Translations under genes and position numbers: made by a program | From: an uncultured Bacteroides sp. | Lineage (GTDB): Bacteria; Bacteroidota; Bacteroidia; Bacteroidales; Bacteroidaceae | NCBI GenBank assembly: GCA_944320735.1 | Contig: CALUIQ010000192.1 | Span: 1-52,287, forward strand | Length of the DNA: 52,287 bases | Direction: 5' to 3' | In this document: one piece after another, positions 10,244 to 24,160 of the stretch | Layout: every line of letters starts with the position of its first letter | How positions within the stretch are numbered: position 1 is the first letter of the stretch | Notes under the pieces: generated by a model | Databases searched by the model: none | Seen by the model: only the letters and a program-made list of their open reading frames with translations | Told to the model about the DNA's origin: nothing

Positions 10244-12094
10244 ATGATTATGAAAATCAATGGATATAAATACCTGATTTTGTCAGTGGCGGCAACATTC
10301 AGCTTGACATCCTGCCTGGATGAAGACCCGTTGTACAGCCAAAACAACGAAATTGTGTTCTCCAATCCTACCAATGCGGAATTGGCCTTGAACGGATGCT
10401 ACTCCTATTTGGCTTCCGGCAACGTTTACGGACAGAATATGCAAGAAATCCTTGTCAGCGTAGGCGGCCATTCTTGGGCGCAACGTACCGGAAATGATCA
10501 AGATATGTTCGTCAGCATGAATCAAAGACCGACGATGGGCCAGATAGGCACTATGTGGGACGGTCTGTACAAGGTCATCTCGGAGTCCAACGCTTTCATT
10601 GAAAACATGGAAGGCAGCGGGCTGGACGAAGCTGTTAAGACACAGTACATCGGCGAGGCCAAGTTCCTCCGCGCCATTTCCTATTTCAACTTGGTGGACC
10701 TTTTTGGCGACGTGCCCTTGAAGACGATTTCCTCTACGTCGGAGGGTATCGCGCTGCCTCGCTCGCCCCGTGAGGAAATCTTTGCGCAAGTGGTTCAGGA
10801 CTTGACGGATGCGTTGGTCATCAGTGAGGATGTAGAGTCGGAGGCACGCGCCAACCGTTGGACGGTGAAAGCCTATCTGGGTAAGGTTTACCACAAGATG
10901 GCCTGCCTCGGCATAAATACGCAGGAGAACCTGACGAATGCCAAGACTTACTTTGATGACGTGTACAGCAATGGCCCGTATGACTTGGAGCCTAACTTTA
11001 GTACATTGTTTGGTGAATGGGTAACCGGATCCAAGGAAGCCATCTTCCAAATCAATTTCTTGGGAGACCCCAGTGCTTTCTATAACCGTGGAAGCAACCG
11101 CCTCTGCCCGAATGCGTCCACCACAGGTATCAACTGGACCACCTTTGCTTTCTCCTTTAGCGCATACGACCTGCACGCCGATGCCTATCCGGGAGATCCG
11201 CGCATCCGCACCACCTTCTTGACCTCGTGGAGAAGCCGCAACGGTAATAATCAAGCTAATCCGAAACCTCAGGTCGGTGCCGAGTTGTCGCCCAATGATT
11301 CTACCTATACCTATCCGTATGTAACCTATACGGTGGAGGGTGTGTTCATCTTGGACGCCGATGGCAATCCGGTTATGAACAATGGGCAGCCCGTCTTGAA
11401 GCAATTCCTGACTTCGGTTCCGCAAGGCATGTCGTTGGAAGAGTTGGCCAACCTCGAAATTCCGGCTGATGCCACTCCGCAAGAAAAAGCCCGCCTCGAA
11501 ACGTTGAAGGCCAGTGAAAAGAATTTCTCCCAAAAAGGCAACGCCCTCGTTTATCCCTCTTATGGCAAGGCCTACGACCAGAATCAAGCCGCCCAGGCTG
11601 CGCACAAGAACTTGATGGTGTATCGGTATGCCGAAATGCTGCTGTTGATGGCGGACGTGTACAATGAGTTGGGCGATTCGCAGCGTGCCATCAGTTTGGC
11701 CAATGAAGTATTGGACCGTGCCCGTAATTCCGATGGCGGCACTTCGACCGGCGAACCGGCTGCTTGGAACGCTTCCTTGGACCAAACTACCGTGCGCGAG
11801 AAGCTCTACTACGAACGTATCTTCGAGTTGTGGGGTGAACCCAACTTTTGGAACGCTACCCGACTGAAAGGGGCGGATTTCCTGAAAGGTTTCTTGCAGA
11901 AACACAACGATAACGATTTTGTCATTGCGGGAAATAGATATTATGCCGAGTCCAACAATGCTTTCACCGAGCGTTTGTACAACAACGGCGACTTGAGCGA
12001 GGAATTCTTGCGGCGCAACCTGTTGTTCCCCATCCCGCAGAGCGAGATTGACGCCAACCCGTCCATCAAGGATAATAACCCCGGTTATGAATAG
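10244..12094 (+). CDS. susD: SusD/RagB family glycan-binding lipoprotein
   Basis: Lipobox LTSC; GEAKFLRAISYFNLV..FGDVP, RYAEMLL, ERIFELWGE, FPIPQSEIDANP, NPGY. Confidence 0.96.
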   Translation: MIMKINGYKYLILSVAATFSLTSCLDEDPLYSQNNEIVFSNPTNAELALNGCYSYLASGNVYGQNMQEILVSVGGHSWAQRTGNDQDMFVSMNQRPTMGQIGTMWDGLYKVISESNAFIENMEGSGLDEAVKTQYIGEAKFLRAISYFNLVDLFGDVPLKTISSTSEGIALPRSPREEIFAQVVQDLTDALVISEDVESEARANRWTVKAYLGKVYHKMACLGINTQENLTNAKTYFDDVYSNGPYDLEPNFSTLFGEWVTGSKEAIFQINFLGDPSAFYNRGSNRLCPNASTTGINWTTFAFSFSAYDLHADAYPGDPRIRTTFLTSWRSRNGNNQANPKPQVGAELSPNDSTYTYPYVTYTVEGVFILDADGNPVMNNGQPVLKQFLTSVPQGMSLEELANLEIPADATPQEKARLETLKASEKNFSQKGNALVYPSYGKAYDQNQAAQAAHKNLMVYRYAEMLLLMADVYNELGDSQRAISLANEVLDRARNSDGGTSTGEPAAWNASLDQTTVREKLYYERIFELWGEPNFWNATRLKGADFLKGFLQKHNDNDFVIAGNRYYAESNNAFTERLYNNGDLSEEFLRRNLLFPIPQSEIDANPSIKDNNPGYE

Positions 12095-12102
12095 GCTTGT
12101 TT

Positions 12103-12126
12103 GCTGTTTTCAGGATAACAGCTTTT
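12103..12126 (+). terminator. Possible intrinsic terminator/attenuator after susD
   Basis: GCTGTT ... AACAGC stem followed by TTTT. Confidence 0.45.
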
Positions 12127-12143
12127 AATGGCAATTTGGTACA

Positions 12144-12189
12144 AACCCGCATGATTGCGTCATTGCAACAGTTCGCAATCCTGCGGGTT
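12144..12189 (+). terminator. Strong stem-loop in the susD-GH20 spacer
   Basis: AACCCGCATGATTGCG pairs with CGCAATCCTGCGGGTT (16 bp, 1 mismatch). Confidence 0.6.
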
Positions 12190-12428
12190 GTTTCTTAAGT
12201 GAACTTGTTTACTATTGGCTTACTTCCTTACCTTCTTAAGTAAGTGTAAGTAGCCAATCAGATTTAGTTTATACTATCATAATAGGGTATCTTGTATGGT
12301 ACGTTTAGGAATCAGTGGCACTGATTGTAGGAAAAGGTGGCACTGATTCTATGTTCAAATAGATACTACCACTTGTTTTGCCCGTTTCTTTGCACCATAA
12401 ATATAAGCTAATTATGAATTGTTACTTA

Positions 12429-12502
12429 AAAAATAATCTTTGCAAATCAGTTTCATCTGTGTCATCTGTGTGCTATAAGATAATTTTGATTAGTTACTTA
12501 TT
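12429..12502 (+). repeat. Dispersed repeat, TCATCTGTG family, copy A
   Basis: Matches 22108-22171 in direct orientation (3 substitutions, a 1-bp indel and one extra TCATCTGTG unit) and 24161-24196 inverted. Confidence 0.9.
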
Positions 12503-12520
12503 AAAAAAAACGAATGCATT

Positions 12521-14845
12521 ATGAGATTGAATCATTGGATAACAACCTGCGCGGTGGCCCTTGCGATGGGCTTGGCCGCTTGTCAGGAAGGAACGCCTCC
12601 CAAGGAGGTGATGCCCGTCCCCCTTCCTGTCTCTGTAGAGAAAACTGATGGCGTTTTCCGTTTCGGCGAGGAGACCGTATTAGCCATTGCCGATGAAAGC
12701 CAGCGGGCGATGGCCGAAAACTTTGCTTCCCTGTTTACTCGGACAGCCGGGTTTACTCCCGCTGTACAGGTGGGGTGCAAAGGCGACATTGTCTTTACTC
12801 CGGACACTGCGCTGAAGGCCGAAGCCTATGAACTGCAAGTGGATCCGCGGCAAATCACGGTGAAGGCTGCCGACAATGGCGGATTCTTCTATGCCTTGCA
12901 AACCTTGCGCCTGCTGTTGCCCTCGTCTGTGGAAGGAAACATTCCGGCTGATGATGCTTGGGTGGTGCCCGCTTTGCGTGTGAAGGACGAGCCTCGTTTC
13001 GGTTATCGGGGCTATATGTTGGACGTGTCGCGCTACTTCCTGCCCAAGGAAGACGTGCTGCGTATGATAGACTGCATTTCGATGCTGAAAATCAATCGCC
13101 TGCACCTGCACTTGAGTGACGATAACGGTTGGCGGTTGGAAATAAAGAAATATCCCCGCCTGACGGAAGTGGGAGCTTGGCGCGTAGACCGCGGCGACTT
13201 GTCTTTCCCCGAACGTCGGAACCCCAAGCCGGGAGAATCGACATCCATAGGCGGTTTCTATACGCAGGAAGAGATGAAAGAAATCATCCGTTACGCCGCC
13301 GACCGCCAAATAGAGGTAATCCCGGAGATTGACATTCCCGCCCATTCCGTAGCGGCCCTATCCGCTTATCCCGAATACGCCTGCCCCGTGGTGAAGGAGT
13401 TTATCGGAGTGCTGCCCGGCTTGGGAGGCAATCACGCCGAAACCATTTTCTGTGCCGGCAATGACAAGGTTTACACCTTCCTGCAAGGCATATTGGATGA
13501 GGTTATGGAACTTTTCCCTTCGCATTACATCAACTTGGGAGGTGACGAGGCGCGCAAAACCTATTGGAAGCAGTGCCCCCTCTGCCAGGCGCGCATCCGC
13601 AAGGAACATTTGGCGGACGAAGAAGCCTTGCAAGGGTACTTCATGGGGCGTATGGCCGACTACGTGCGCGGCAAAGGCAGGGAGGTCATCGGTTGGGACG
13701 AGCTGACCAACAGCAAACTGCCCGAAGAGTCCATCATCTTAGGGTGGCAGGGCTACGGAAAGGCCGCTTTGAAAGCCGCCGAGCAAGGCCATCGTTTCAT
13801 TATGACCCCTGCCCGCATTCTCTACCTCATTCGTTACCAAGGCCCGCAATGGTTTGAGCCGGTCACTTACTTCGGCAACAACACCTTGAAAGGCGTCTAC
13901 GATTACGAACCTGTACAGCCTGATTGGAAACCGGCATACGAGCCGCTGCTGATGGGGGTGCAGGCCTGTATGTGGACCGAGTTTTGTAACAAGCCGGATG
14001 ACGTGTTCTATCTGACGTTCCCTCGTCTGGCCGCTTTGGCGGAGACTGCTTGGTCGCCCAAGGAGAAGAAAGACTGGGCTTCTTTCCTCAAACGCCTGGA
14101 CAATTACTTGGCTCATCTGACGGATAAAGGCATTGTGACCGCTCGTTCCATGTTCAATATCCAACACACGGTGTTGCCTGCAGCGGACGGCAAGCTGAAT
14201 GTGACGTTGGAGTGTGAGCGTCCGGATGTGGAGATACGTTACACGACGGATGGAAGCCAACCCACCGCCACTTCCACGCTGTATCAACAATCTATAATGG
14301 TCGATAAGGATTTGACAATAAAAAGTGCTACCTTTGCCCAAGGCAAACGGATGGGCGAGACATTGGCGCTTCCGCTGACGTGGAACTTGGCTACGGGCAA
14401 ACCGTTGGCGGCAGGCCCGCAAGAAGCGGCCATTGTGGTGAACGGCTTGCGGGGCAGCTTGAAACAAACGGACTTCGAATGGTTCACCGGCCCGTTGGGC
14501 GAGGACTACTCACTCACGGTAGACTTGCGGCAGAGCACCGCCTTCCGGCAATGTGCGGTGGGCTGTGTCACCAACTACGGTATGGGAGTGCACAAACCGC
14601 GCCAGATGAAGGTGGAAGTCTCTGAGGATAACCAGACCTTTACGGAAGTGGGGCGGCTGAGTTTCAGTGATGCTGACATTTTCAAGGAAGGAAACTTTAT
14701 TGAAGACCTCGTTGTGCCTTTGCCCGAAGGAACCAAAGCCCGCTACGTGCGTATCACCCTCGAGACGCCGGGCAACAATCCTGCCGACCATGTGAGGCCG
14801 GGACAGCCTTCGCGGGTGTATGTGGATGAGATTATAATAAATTGA
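12521..14845 (+). CDS. GH20 beta-N-acetylhexosaminidase (lipoprotein) with C-terminal Fn3-like and F5/8C-like domains
   Basis: Lipobox LAAC; PRFGYRGYMLDVSR, LHLHLSDDNGWR, PEIDIPAH, catalytic GGDE, WTE, IRYTTDGSQP. Confidence 0.95.
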   Translation: MRLNHWITTCAVALAMGLAACQEGTPPKEVMPVPLPVSVEKTDGVFRFGEETVLAIADESQRAMAENFASLFTRTAGFTPAVQVGCKGDIVFTPDTALKAEAYELQVDPRQITVKAADNGGFFYALQTLRLLLPSSVEGNIPADDAWVVPALRVKDEPRFGYRGYMLDVSRYFLPKEDVLRMIDCISMLKINRLHLHLSDDNGWRLEIKKYPRLTEVGAWRVDRGDLSFPERRNPKPGESTSIGGFYTQEEMKEIIRYAADRQIEVIPEIDIPAHSVAALSAYPEYACPVVKEFIGVLPGLGGNHAETIFCAGNDKVYTFLQGILDEVMELFPSHYINLGGDEARKTYWKQCPLCQARIRKEHLADEEALQGYFMGRMADYVRGKGREVIGWDELTNSKLPEESIILGWQGYGKAALKAAEQGHRFIMTPARILYLIRYQGPQWFEPVTYFGNNTLKGVYDYEPVQPDWKPAYEPLLMGVQACMWTEFCNKPDDVFYLTFPRLAALAETAWSPKEKKDWASFLKRLDNYLAHLTDKGIVTARSMFNIQHTVLPAADGKLNVTLECERPDVEIRYTTDGSQPTATSTLYQQSIMVDKDLTIKSATFAQGKRMGETLALPLTWNLATGKPLAAGPQEAAIVVNGLRGSLKQTDFEWFTGPLGEDYSLTVDLRQSTAFRQCAVGCVTNYGMGVHKPRQMKVEVSEDNQTFTEVGRLSFSDADIFKEGNFIEDLVVPLPEGTKARYVRITLETPGNNPADHVRPGQPSRVYVDEIIIN

Positions 14846-14852
14846 AAACATT

Positions 14853-16673
14853 ATGAAGAGAACAAACCGACTGACCGCGGCGGCACTCTTGGTGGCAAGC
14901 CTTGCGCTACAAGGGTGCTCGCAGCGAAGCGAAACGTATTATGTGAAGCACGTGGACTTTCCGCAAGGTGCTACGATGGAACAAAAGGTAGATATGGCCG
15001 CGCGCCTGGTGCCCACCCCCCAACAATTGGAATGGCAGCAGATGGAGCTGACCGCCTTCCTGCATTTCGGCATTAACACTTTTACCAATCGCGAGTGGGG
15101 GGATGGCAGCGAAGACCCCGCTTTGTTCAATCCTACTGAGCTGGATGCCGAGCAATGGGTGCGCTCCCTGAAAGAATCCGGTTTCCGGATGGTTATTCTC
15201 ACCGCCAAGCATCACGATGGCTTCTGCCTGTGGCCTACCCAAACCACCAAGCACAGTGTGGCCTCCTCCAAGTGGAAAGACGGAAAGGGCGATGTGGTGA
15301 AAGAACTGCGTGACGCTTGTGCGAAGTATGATATGAAGTTTGGTGTTTACCTCTCGCCGTGGGACCGCAACGCCGAGTGCTATGGCGACTCCCCCCGCTA
15401 CAACCAATTCTTCATTAACCAGCTGACGGAACTGTTGACCAACTATGGTGAAGTACACGAAGTCTGGTTTGACGGAGCTTGCGGCGAAGGCCCCAATGGT
15501 AAGAAGCAAGTGTATGACTGGGATGCTTTTTACCGAACCATCCAAACATTGCAACCTAAAGCCGTTATGGCCATTATGGGTGATGATGTGCGTTGGGTAG
15601 GCAACGAGAAAGGCTTAGGCCGTGAGACCGAGTGGAGCGCTACTGTTCTGCCTCCGGGTATCTATACCCGTTCGGACAGTGTGAAAAACACTTTGGGTAT
15701 TTCCTCCAAGTCGTCCGATTTAGGTAGCCGGGAAGTATTGGCTAAAGCGAACGAATTGTTTTGGTATCCGTCGGAAGTTGATGTGTCCATTCGTCCGGGC
15801 TGGTTCTACCACGCCGACCAAGACAACCAGGTAAAGAGTTTGAAACACTTGATGGACATTTATTACCAGTCTGTAGGCTACAATTCTGTGCTTTTGCTGA
15901 ACATCCCGCCCGACCGTCGCGGCCTCATTCACGAAGCCGACGTACAACGCCTGGAGGAATTTGCCGACTACCGCCACCGTGCTTTCGCGGATAATCTCGT
16001 CACGGATGGTCAAACACCGTGGATGGCTGCTTCCGCTGAAAGTCGTGAATATGTGCTCAAGGGTACGCAGCCCGTCAACGTGGTCCTCTTGCAGGAAGAC
16101 ATTGCCAAGGGGCAGCGTGTGGAAGCTTTCAAGGTGGAAGCTATGGTAGATGGCGGATGGCAATCGGTAGGAGAGGGGACTACGGTGGGTTACAAACGCC
16201 TGCTTCGTTTCCCTGCCGTCAACGCTTCCCGGTTGCGTGTCACGCTGCTCTCCACCCGATTGAAAGCCAACATCTGTAACGTGGCGGCTTACTACGCCGC
16301 TCCGTTGGCCGAAACGCAAAGTGAAGTGCAGTGGAACAACCTGCCGCGTGAGTCGTGGAAGGTTACCGCCGCACAACCTCTGAGCATCGACTTGGGCAAA
16401 CTCGTGACGCTGAAAGCCTTTACTTATGCTCCGCGAAACGGTGAGGCGAAGCCCACTATGGCTTTCCGCTACACCTTTAGTGTCAGCACGGACGGCAAGC
16501 AATGGTCGGAAGTATCTACGCCGGGTGAATTCAGCAACATTATGCACAATCCTGTCCCGCAAACCGTCACCTTGGAAAAACCGGTAAAGGCACGTTACAT
16601 CAAACTGGATGCCCGAACCACTAATGACCAAACGGCAACTGTCAGTGTGGACGAGATTGGAGTGACGATTTAA
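14853..16673 (+). CDS. GH29 alpha-L-fucosidase (lipoprotein) with C-terminal discoidin/CBM32-like domains
   Basis: Lipobox LQGC; FLHFGINTF, KHHDGFCLW, YLSPWDR, nucleophile WFDGA, EVDVSIRPGWFY. Confidence 0.95.
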   Translation: MKRTNRLTAAALLVASLALQGCSQRSETYYVKHVDFPQGATMEQKVDMAARLVPTPQQLEWQQMELTAFLHFGINTFTNREWGDGSEDPALFNPTELDAEQWVRSLKESGFRMVILTAKHHDGFCLWPTQTTKHSVASSKWKDGKGDVVKELRDACAKYDMKFGVYLSPWDRNAECYGDSPRYNQFFINQLTELLTNYGEVHEVWFDGACGEGPNGKKQVYDWDAFYRTIQTLQPKAVMAIMGDDVRWVGNEKGLGRETEWSATVLPPGIYTRSDSVKNTLGISSKSSDLGSREVLAKANELFWYPSEVDVSIRPGWFYHADQDNQVKSLKHLMDIYYQSVGYNSVLLLNIPPDRRGLIHEADVQRLEEFADYRHRAFADNLVTDGQTPWMAASAESREYVLKGTQPVNVVLLQEDIAKGQRVEAFKVEAMVDGGWQSVGEGTTVGYKRLLRFPAVNASRLRVTLLSTRLKANICNVAAYYAAPLAETQSEVQWNNLPRESWKVTAAQPLSIDLGKLVTLKAFTYAPRNGEAKPTMAFRYTFSVSTDGKQWSEVSTPGEFSNIMHNPVPQTVTLEKPVKARYIKLDARTTNDQTATVSVDEIGVTI

Positions 16674-20303
<3,630 letters not shown>

Positions 20304-20360
20304 ATGTAGGTGTATAAGAACAGTCGTTTGATAGCTGAATATGAACAATCATTGAACGAT

Positions 20361-21914
20361 ATGAAAGGATTGATTGCATTCTCCGGTTTAGCGTTAGCCG
20401 CTTTGGCGGCTAACGCTGAAGAGAGCACGCGCCCCAACATCGTTCTATTCTTAGTGGACGATATGGGTTGGCAAGACACTTCCGTGCCCTTCTACAACGA
20501 CCAACAGACTCCCTTGAACCGCCGTTTTCATACACCCAATATGGAACGGATGGCCGAACTGGGAGTCCGTTTCACCGAAGCATACGCCTGTGCCATCTCT
20601 TCGCCTACCCGTTGCAGCCTGATGTCGGGAATGAATGCCGCCCGACACCGTGTCACCAACTGGACATTGGAACTGAACCAGTCTACGGATCGTAAAAGCC
20701 AGACTCTTCTTTTGCCGGATTGGAATTATAACGGCATCCAGCCGGACACGGCTACACCTATCCGAAACGCCACTCCCATCACTCCCTTGCCCCAAATCCT
20801 GAAAGACAATGGTTATTTCACGATTCATTGCGGAAAAGCGCATTTCGGGGCACGCACTACACCGGGAGCCAATCCTTCGTCTATGGGATTTGACGTGAAT
20901 ATCGGTGGAGGACCTAACGGCGCGCCGGGCAGTTATCTGGGTGTCAAGAACTTTGGGGAGGGTACACGCTTTGCCGTGGAAGGTATGGAGAAATACCACG
21001 GACAAGACATCTTCCTGACCGAAGCGTTGACTCGTGAAGCCATTGTCGCTATGGATAAAGCCACGGCATTGGGCAAACCGTTCTACCTTTATATGTCCCA
21101 TTACGCCGTTCATTCGCCGATTGATGACGATGCCCGCTTTAGCGATTCCTATCGAGGACGCTACGATGAACAGTTGAAGGACACGTTAAACGAACGGGAG
21201 GCCCGGTATGCCGCTTTGGTAGAAGGCATGGACAAGAGTCTGGGCGACCTGCTGGACTATTTGGAAGCGCATCCTGAAACCGGGCGCAACACCATTCTTC
21301 TCTTTATGTCCGACAATGGTGGGCAGGCTGTTCCCGGTAGTCGGCAAGGCCGCGGTAACCGTGACCAAAATTATCCGGCACGTGCAGGAAAAGGCTCGGC
21401 TTTTATGGGTGGTGTACACGAACCGATGATGGTCTATTGGCCCGGTGTCACCCAAGGCGGCACGCAGAACAAACAGCGGGTGATGATAGAAGACTTCTTC
21501 CCCACCATCCTCGATATGGCAGGTGTGCGTGACTATCAAACAAGCCAAACCATTGACGGCATTAGTTTTGCGGACGTGGTACGGTCTCCCGGCCTGCAAC
21601 GGGAACGCCCCATTGTCTGGCATTTCCCCAACCTTTGGGGCGAAACGCAAGACATCGAAGAAGGGTATGGTGCCTATTCCTCTATCTTAAAAGGGGATTA
21701 CCACTTGATATATGCTTGGGAAACGCAACGCATCCGTTTGTATAATATCCGGGAAGACATCGGCGAATATACCGACCTGTCCACCCGTATGCCTGAAAAG
21801 GCAAAAGAACTTTCCCGACTCCTGACCAAGTACCTGAAAGAGCGGAATGCCCAACGTCCGGCTTACCGCTCCAACGGAAAACTGATTCCCTATCCGGACG
21901 GGAGTGAGAAATGA
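20361..21914 (+). CDS. S1 family sulfatase (Ser-type)
   Basis: RPNIVLFLVDDMG, signature SSPTR (S-x-P-x-R), GKAHFG, HYAVH, SDNGG; start set at ATG 20361 where the signal peptide begins. Confidence 0.94.
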   Translation: MKGLIAFSGLALAALAANAEESTRPNIVLFLVDDMGWQDTSVPFYNDQQTPLNRRFHTPNMERMAELGVRFTEAYACAISSPTRCSLMSGMNAARHRVTNWTLELNQSTDRKSQTLLLPDWNYNGIQPDTATPIRNATPITPLPQILKDNGYFTIHCGKAHFGARTTPGANPSSMGFDVNIGGGPNGAPGSYLGVKNFGEGTRFAVEGMEKYHGQDIFLTEALTREAIVAMDKATALGKPFYLYMSHYAVHSPIDDDARFSDSYRGRYDEQLKDTLNEREARYAALVEGMDKSLGDLLDYLEAHPETGRNTILLFMSDNGGQAVPGSRQGRGNRDQNYPARAGKGSAFMGGVHEPMMVYWPGVTQGGTQNKQRVMIEDFFPTILDMAGVRDYQTSQTIDGISFADVVRSPGLQRERPIVWHFPNLWGETQDIEEGYGAYSSILKGDYHLIYAWETQRIRLYNIREDIGEYTDLSTRMPEKAKELSRLLTKYLKERNAQRPAYRSNGKLIPYPDGSEK

Positions 21915-21969
21915 AGTGAGAAGGGATAGGAAGGGAATGTTTCTAACATAGAAGGAAGGTGTGTCATAA

Positions 21970-22061
21970 TTGGGAATAAAACACAGAAGCACAAAGACAC
22001 AGAGAAAATATATTTGTAAATCAATGGAATAAAATCTCTGTGCCTCCGTGTCTCTGTGTTC
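21970..22061. repeat. Tandem-octamer-armed hairpin element (ACACRGAG / CTCYGTGT family), copy 1
   Basis: 92 bp; identical to 38634-38725 except for 11 transitions; arms are self-complementary. Confidence 0.92.
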
Positions 22062-22107
22062 AAAAAATAAATTCCCATTTATCACCTGTGCGTTTGTCGG
22101 ATGAACC

Positions 22108-22171
22108 AAAAATAATCTGTGCAAATCAGTCTCATCTGTGTGCTATAAGATATTTTGATTAGTTGCTTATT
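22108..22171 (+). repeat. Dispersed repeat, TCATCTGTG family, copy B
   Basis: Direct repeat of 12429-12502; 22112-22140 is an inverted repeat of 24168-24196 (27/29 identical). Confidence 0.9.
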
Positions 22172-22217
22172 TATGTGTGTATTTCATTTGAAAGATATGC
22201 CTGCCGGATTTCTGCTC

Positions 22218-23954
22218 CTAAAAAAGTTCTTCACACACCGCCATTTCTGCTCCGCGGAACACCACTTTCAACAAGTGCAAGTGTGTATTGGCACATAGGC
22301 GTTGCACCACCTTGTCCATACTGTATTTCTTCAACTGTTCGTCCGCTTCCAGGCTTTTCGCTTCCACCTCCACATCCGTGGCCGTAGGGTTGACATACTT
22401 CAGTTCCATAATGTAACTGTGGGCGATGTCCGCATAGCGTGCTTTGTCCGGAAGCATCAGGAAATCACTGTAACCGTAGTTCAGTTCTATTTCCGGTTCC
22501 ACCAAGTAGAGAGAGTTCAACGCTAAGTAAGCCTTGAAGAAGCCTTGCAGGTTGTGTTCACCCCGGATGCTGTCACGGACGGAAGAGTTTTCCTTATAAG
22601 CCTCGGCAATGCGGTGAACCATCGGTTGCCAATTACCCTCCAAGGACATAGCCATCATTTCTCTTTTTAATGCGCTAAGGTCCACATCGAAACTGCGCTT
22701 GAAATAATCCCGCATGAATGCCCAATACTGTTCCTTCACGCAATTGTTCGGAATAACCATTTTCAGCATGTCCCCATACCGCGCGCCCATAGTGAGTAAT
22801 CCGTAGTAATAAATCAAGCTTCGGAAGTTATCGTCATCCGTCACGTATTCAGCGGGGAAAGATGTTCGCAGGTTCATCAGTACGGAACCCGTAGCGGCAA
22901 TCTCTTCAATGACGCTCATACGATTTTCCCGTTGGTTACCGCGGTCAATGTCCGCCAGCATCTTCAGCTTCTTGTAGTCTGTACGGATGTTCTTGTCTAC
23001 CATCTCTTCCGGTGCGGCTCCATAGAGGATTTGGTTGCGCAGGTAGTAAAGCACCATGTCACAGTTGTAGATACGTTCCTTGTCCAAGCATTGTTTGGCG
23101 AAGCAATAATTATTGTACCACGGCTTCATCTCCTCCATCATCGCTTCAATGTCCGCCTCCGCACGCAACTTATCGTTATCTTGAAAATAACGGAACATCG
23201 TGCGTACATCATTTTCAGAAAAACCCAGTATGTCGTTGAAGCGCGGGTCTTGCGAGATGTTCCAATCGATGTTATATCCGCTTGATAAGTCGTCAAGCGT
23301 CACGGGAGAGACTCCGATGAGAAATACCCGGCTGAACATAGCCTTGAACAGTTTGAAATATTCTCGGTAGAACCCGCTGGCATGGGTCAGGTTGCGGAAT
23401 ACGTCCTTGCCTCCCTCGCTCAGAATCACGTTAGTAAAGTTGTCGTATTCGTCTATAATTAGGTATAGCGGATAACCTTTTTTATGCGCCTCGTCATTGA
23501 CCAGTTTCATCTTGTAAGACGCATCCTCCGTGTGAAGCACTTTGTGGCAGAAGTCCTCATCGTAATACTCCTTATAACGGTCGATGAAACTGTCCATCAC
23601 CATACCGCAATAGAAGTCAAAGTTTGCCTCCAAGCCTTTTCCCGCCGTTCCCACGAGAGAGAAGTCGAGGTAAATCACTTGAAACCCGTTCTTCAGCGGC
23701 GTGGGATGCTCGTGTATCCAAAGCCCGCCGAACAATTGGTCGAACTTGTCCACCTGTGCGATGTCGTAGTAAGCCTGCATCATGGTGACGAACACACTCT
23801 TTCCGAAACGGCGCGGACGGATAAGAAACAAGTAATTACCGGTATCTTCCAACAAAGGGAGATACATTGTCTTATCTACATAATAAAAAATTCCGTTTCG
23901 CATGTCCTCAAAGCGCGCCACTCCGTAAGGGATACCTTTTACTGCTTTCATCAT
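22218..23954 (-). CDS. AAA-ATPase-like domain protein with C-terminal PD-(D/E)XK nuclease (PDDEXK_9-like)
   Basis: IPYGV..F..MR, YYVDKT, Walker A RPRRFGKS, Walker B LIIDEYD, WYNNY, C-terminal E...GYSD...IMELKY; start at ATG 23954 downstream of a consensus promoter. Confidence 0.9.
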   Translation of the reverse strand: MMKAVKGIPYGVARFEDMRNGIFYYVDKTMYLPLLEDTGNYLFLIRPRRFGKSVFVTMMQAYYDIAQVDKFDQLFGGLWIHEHPTPLKNGFQVIYLDFSLVGTAGKGLEANFDFYCGMVMDSFIDRYKEYYDEDFCHKVLHTEDASYKMKLVNDEAHKKGYPLYLIIDEYDNFTNVILSEGGKDVFRNLTHASGFYREYFKLFKAMFSRVFLIGVSPVTLDDLSSGYNIDWNISQDPRFNDILGFSENDVRTMFRYFQDNDKLRAEADIEAMMEEMKPWYNNYCFAKQCLDKERIYNCDMVLYYLRNQILYGAAPEEMVDKNIRTDYKKLKMLADIDRGNQRENRMSVIEEIAATGSVLMNLRTSFPAEYVTDDDNFRSLIYYYGLLTMGARYGDMLKMVIPNNCVKEQYWAFMRDYFKRSFDVDLSALKREMMAMSLEGNWQPMVHRIAEAYKENSSVRDSIRGEHNLQGFFKAYLALNSLYLVEPEIELNYGYSDFLMLPDKARYADIAHSYIMELKYVNPTATDVEVEAKSLEADEQLKKYSMDKVVQRLCANTHLHLLKVVFRGAEMAVCEELF

Positions 23955-23977
23955 TGCTGTGTGGATAGAGTTTAGGG

Positions 23978-24008
23978 CAAAGGTATGAAAAATAAGCAAG
24001 TGTACAAA
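23978..24008 (-). promoter_or_regulatory. Consensus promoter TTTG-N19-TACCTTTG for the AAA-nuclease gene
   Basis: CAAAGGTA at 23978-23985 and CAAA at 24005-24008 on the + strand; 19-nt spacer. Confidence 0.75.
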
Positions 24009-24027
24009 TTTGAATGACAATTTAATG

Positions 24028-24035
24028 TATCTTTG
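24028..24035 (+). promoter_or_regulatory. Divergent -7 box (TATCTTTG) facing the repeat cluster and HlyD remnant
   Basis: Exact TAnnTTTG match. Confidence 0.55.
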
Positions 24036-24160
24036 CCCCCATAATTTAAAGTCTATTCATGAAGAAGCATGAACCGACTGAGCGAAGTACGTGACAAGTC
24101 GGACGAGGAAAATCCCGCCCGACAACCGCTACAGGAGGTACCCCAAGGAGCGGGACTGCG

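Noticed and set aside
10283-11905. 540-aa ORF antisense to susD
   Set aside because: It lies wholly opposite a well-supported gene and has no motifs; long antisense frames are expected from codon bias.
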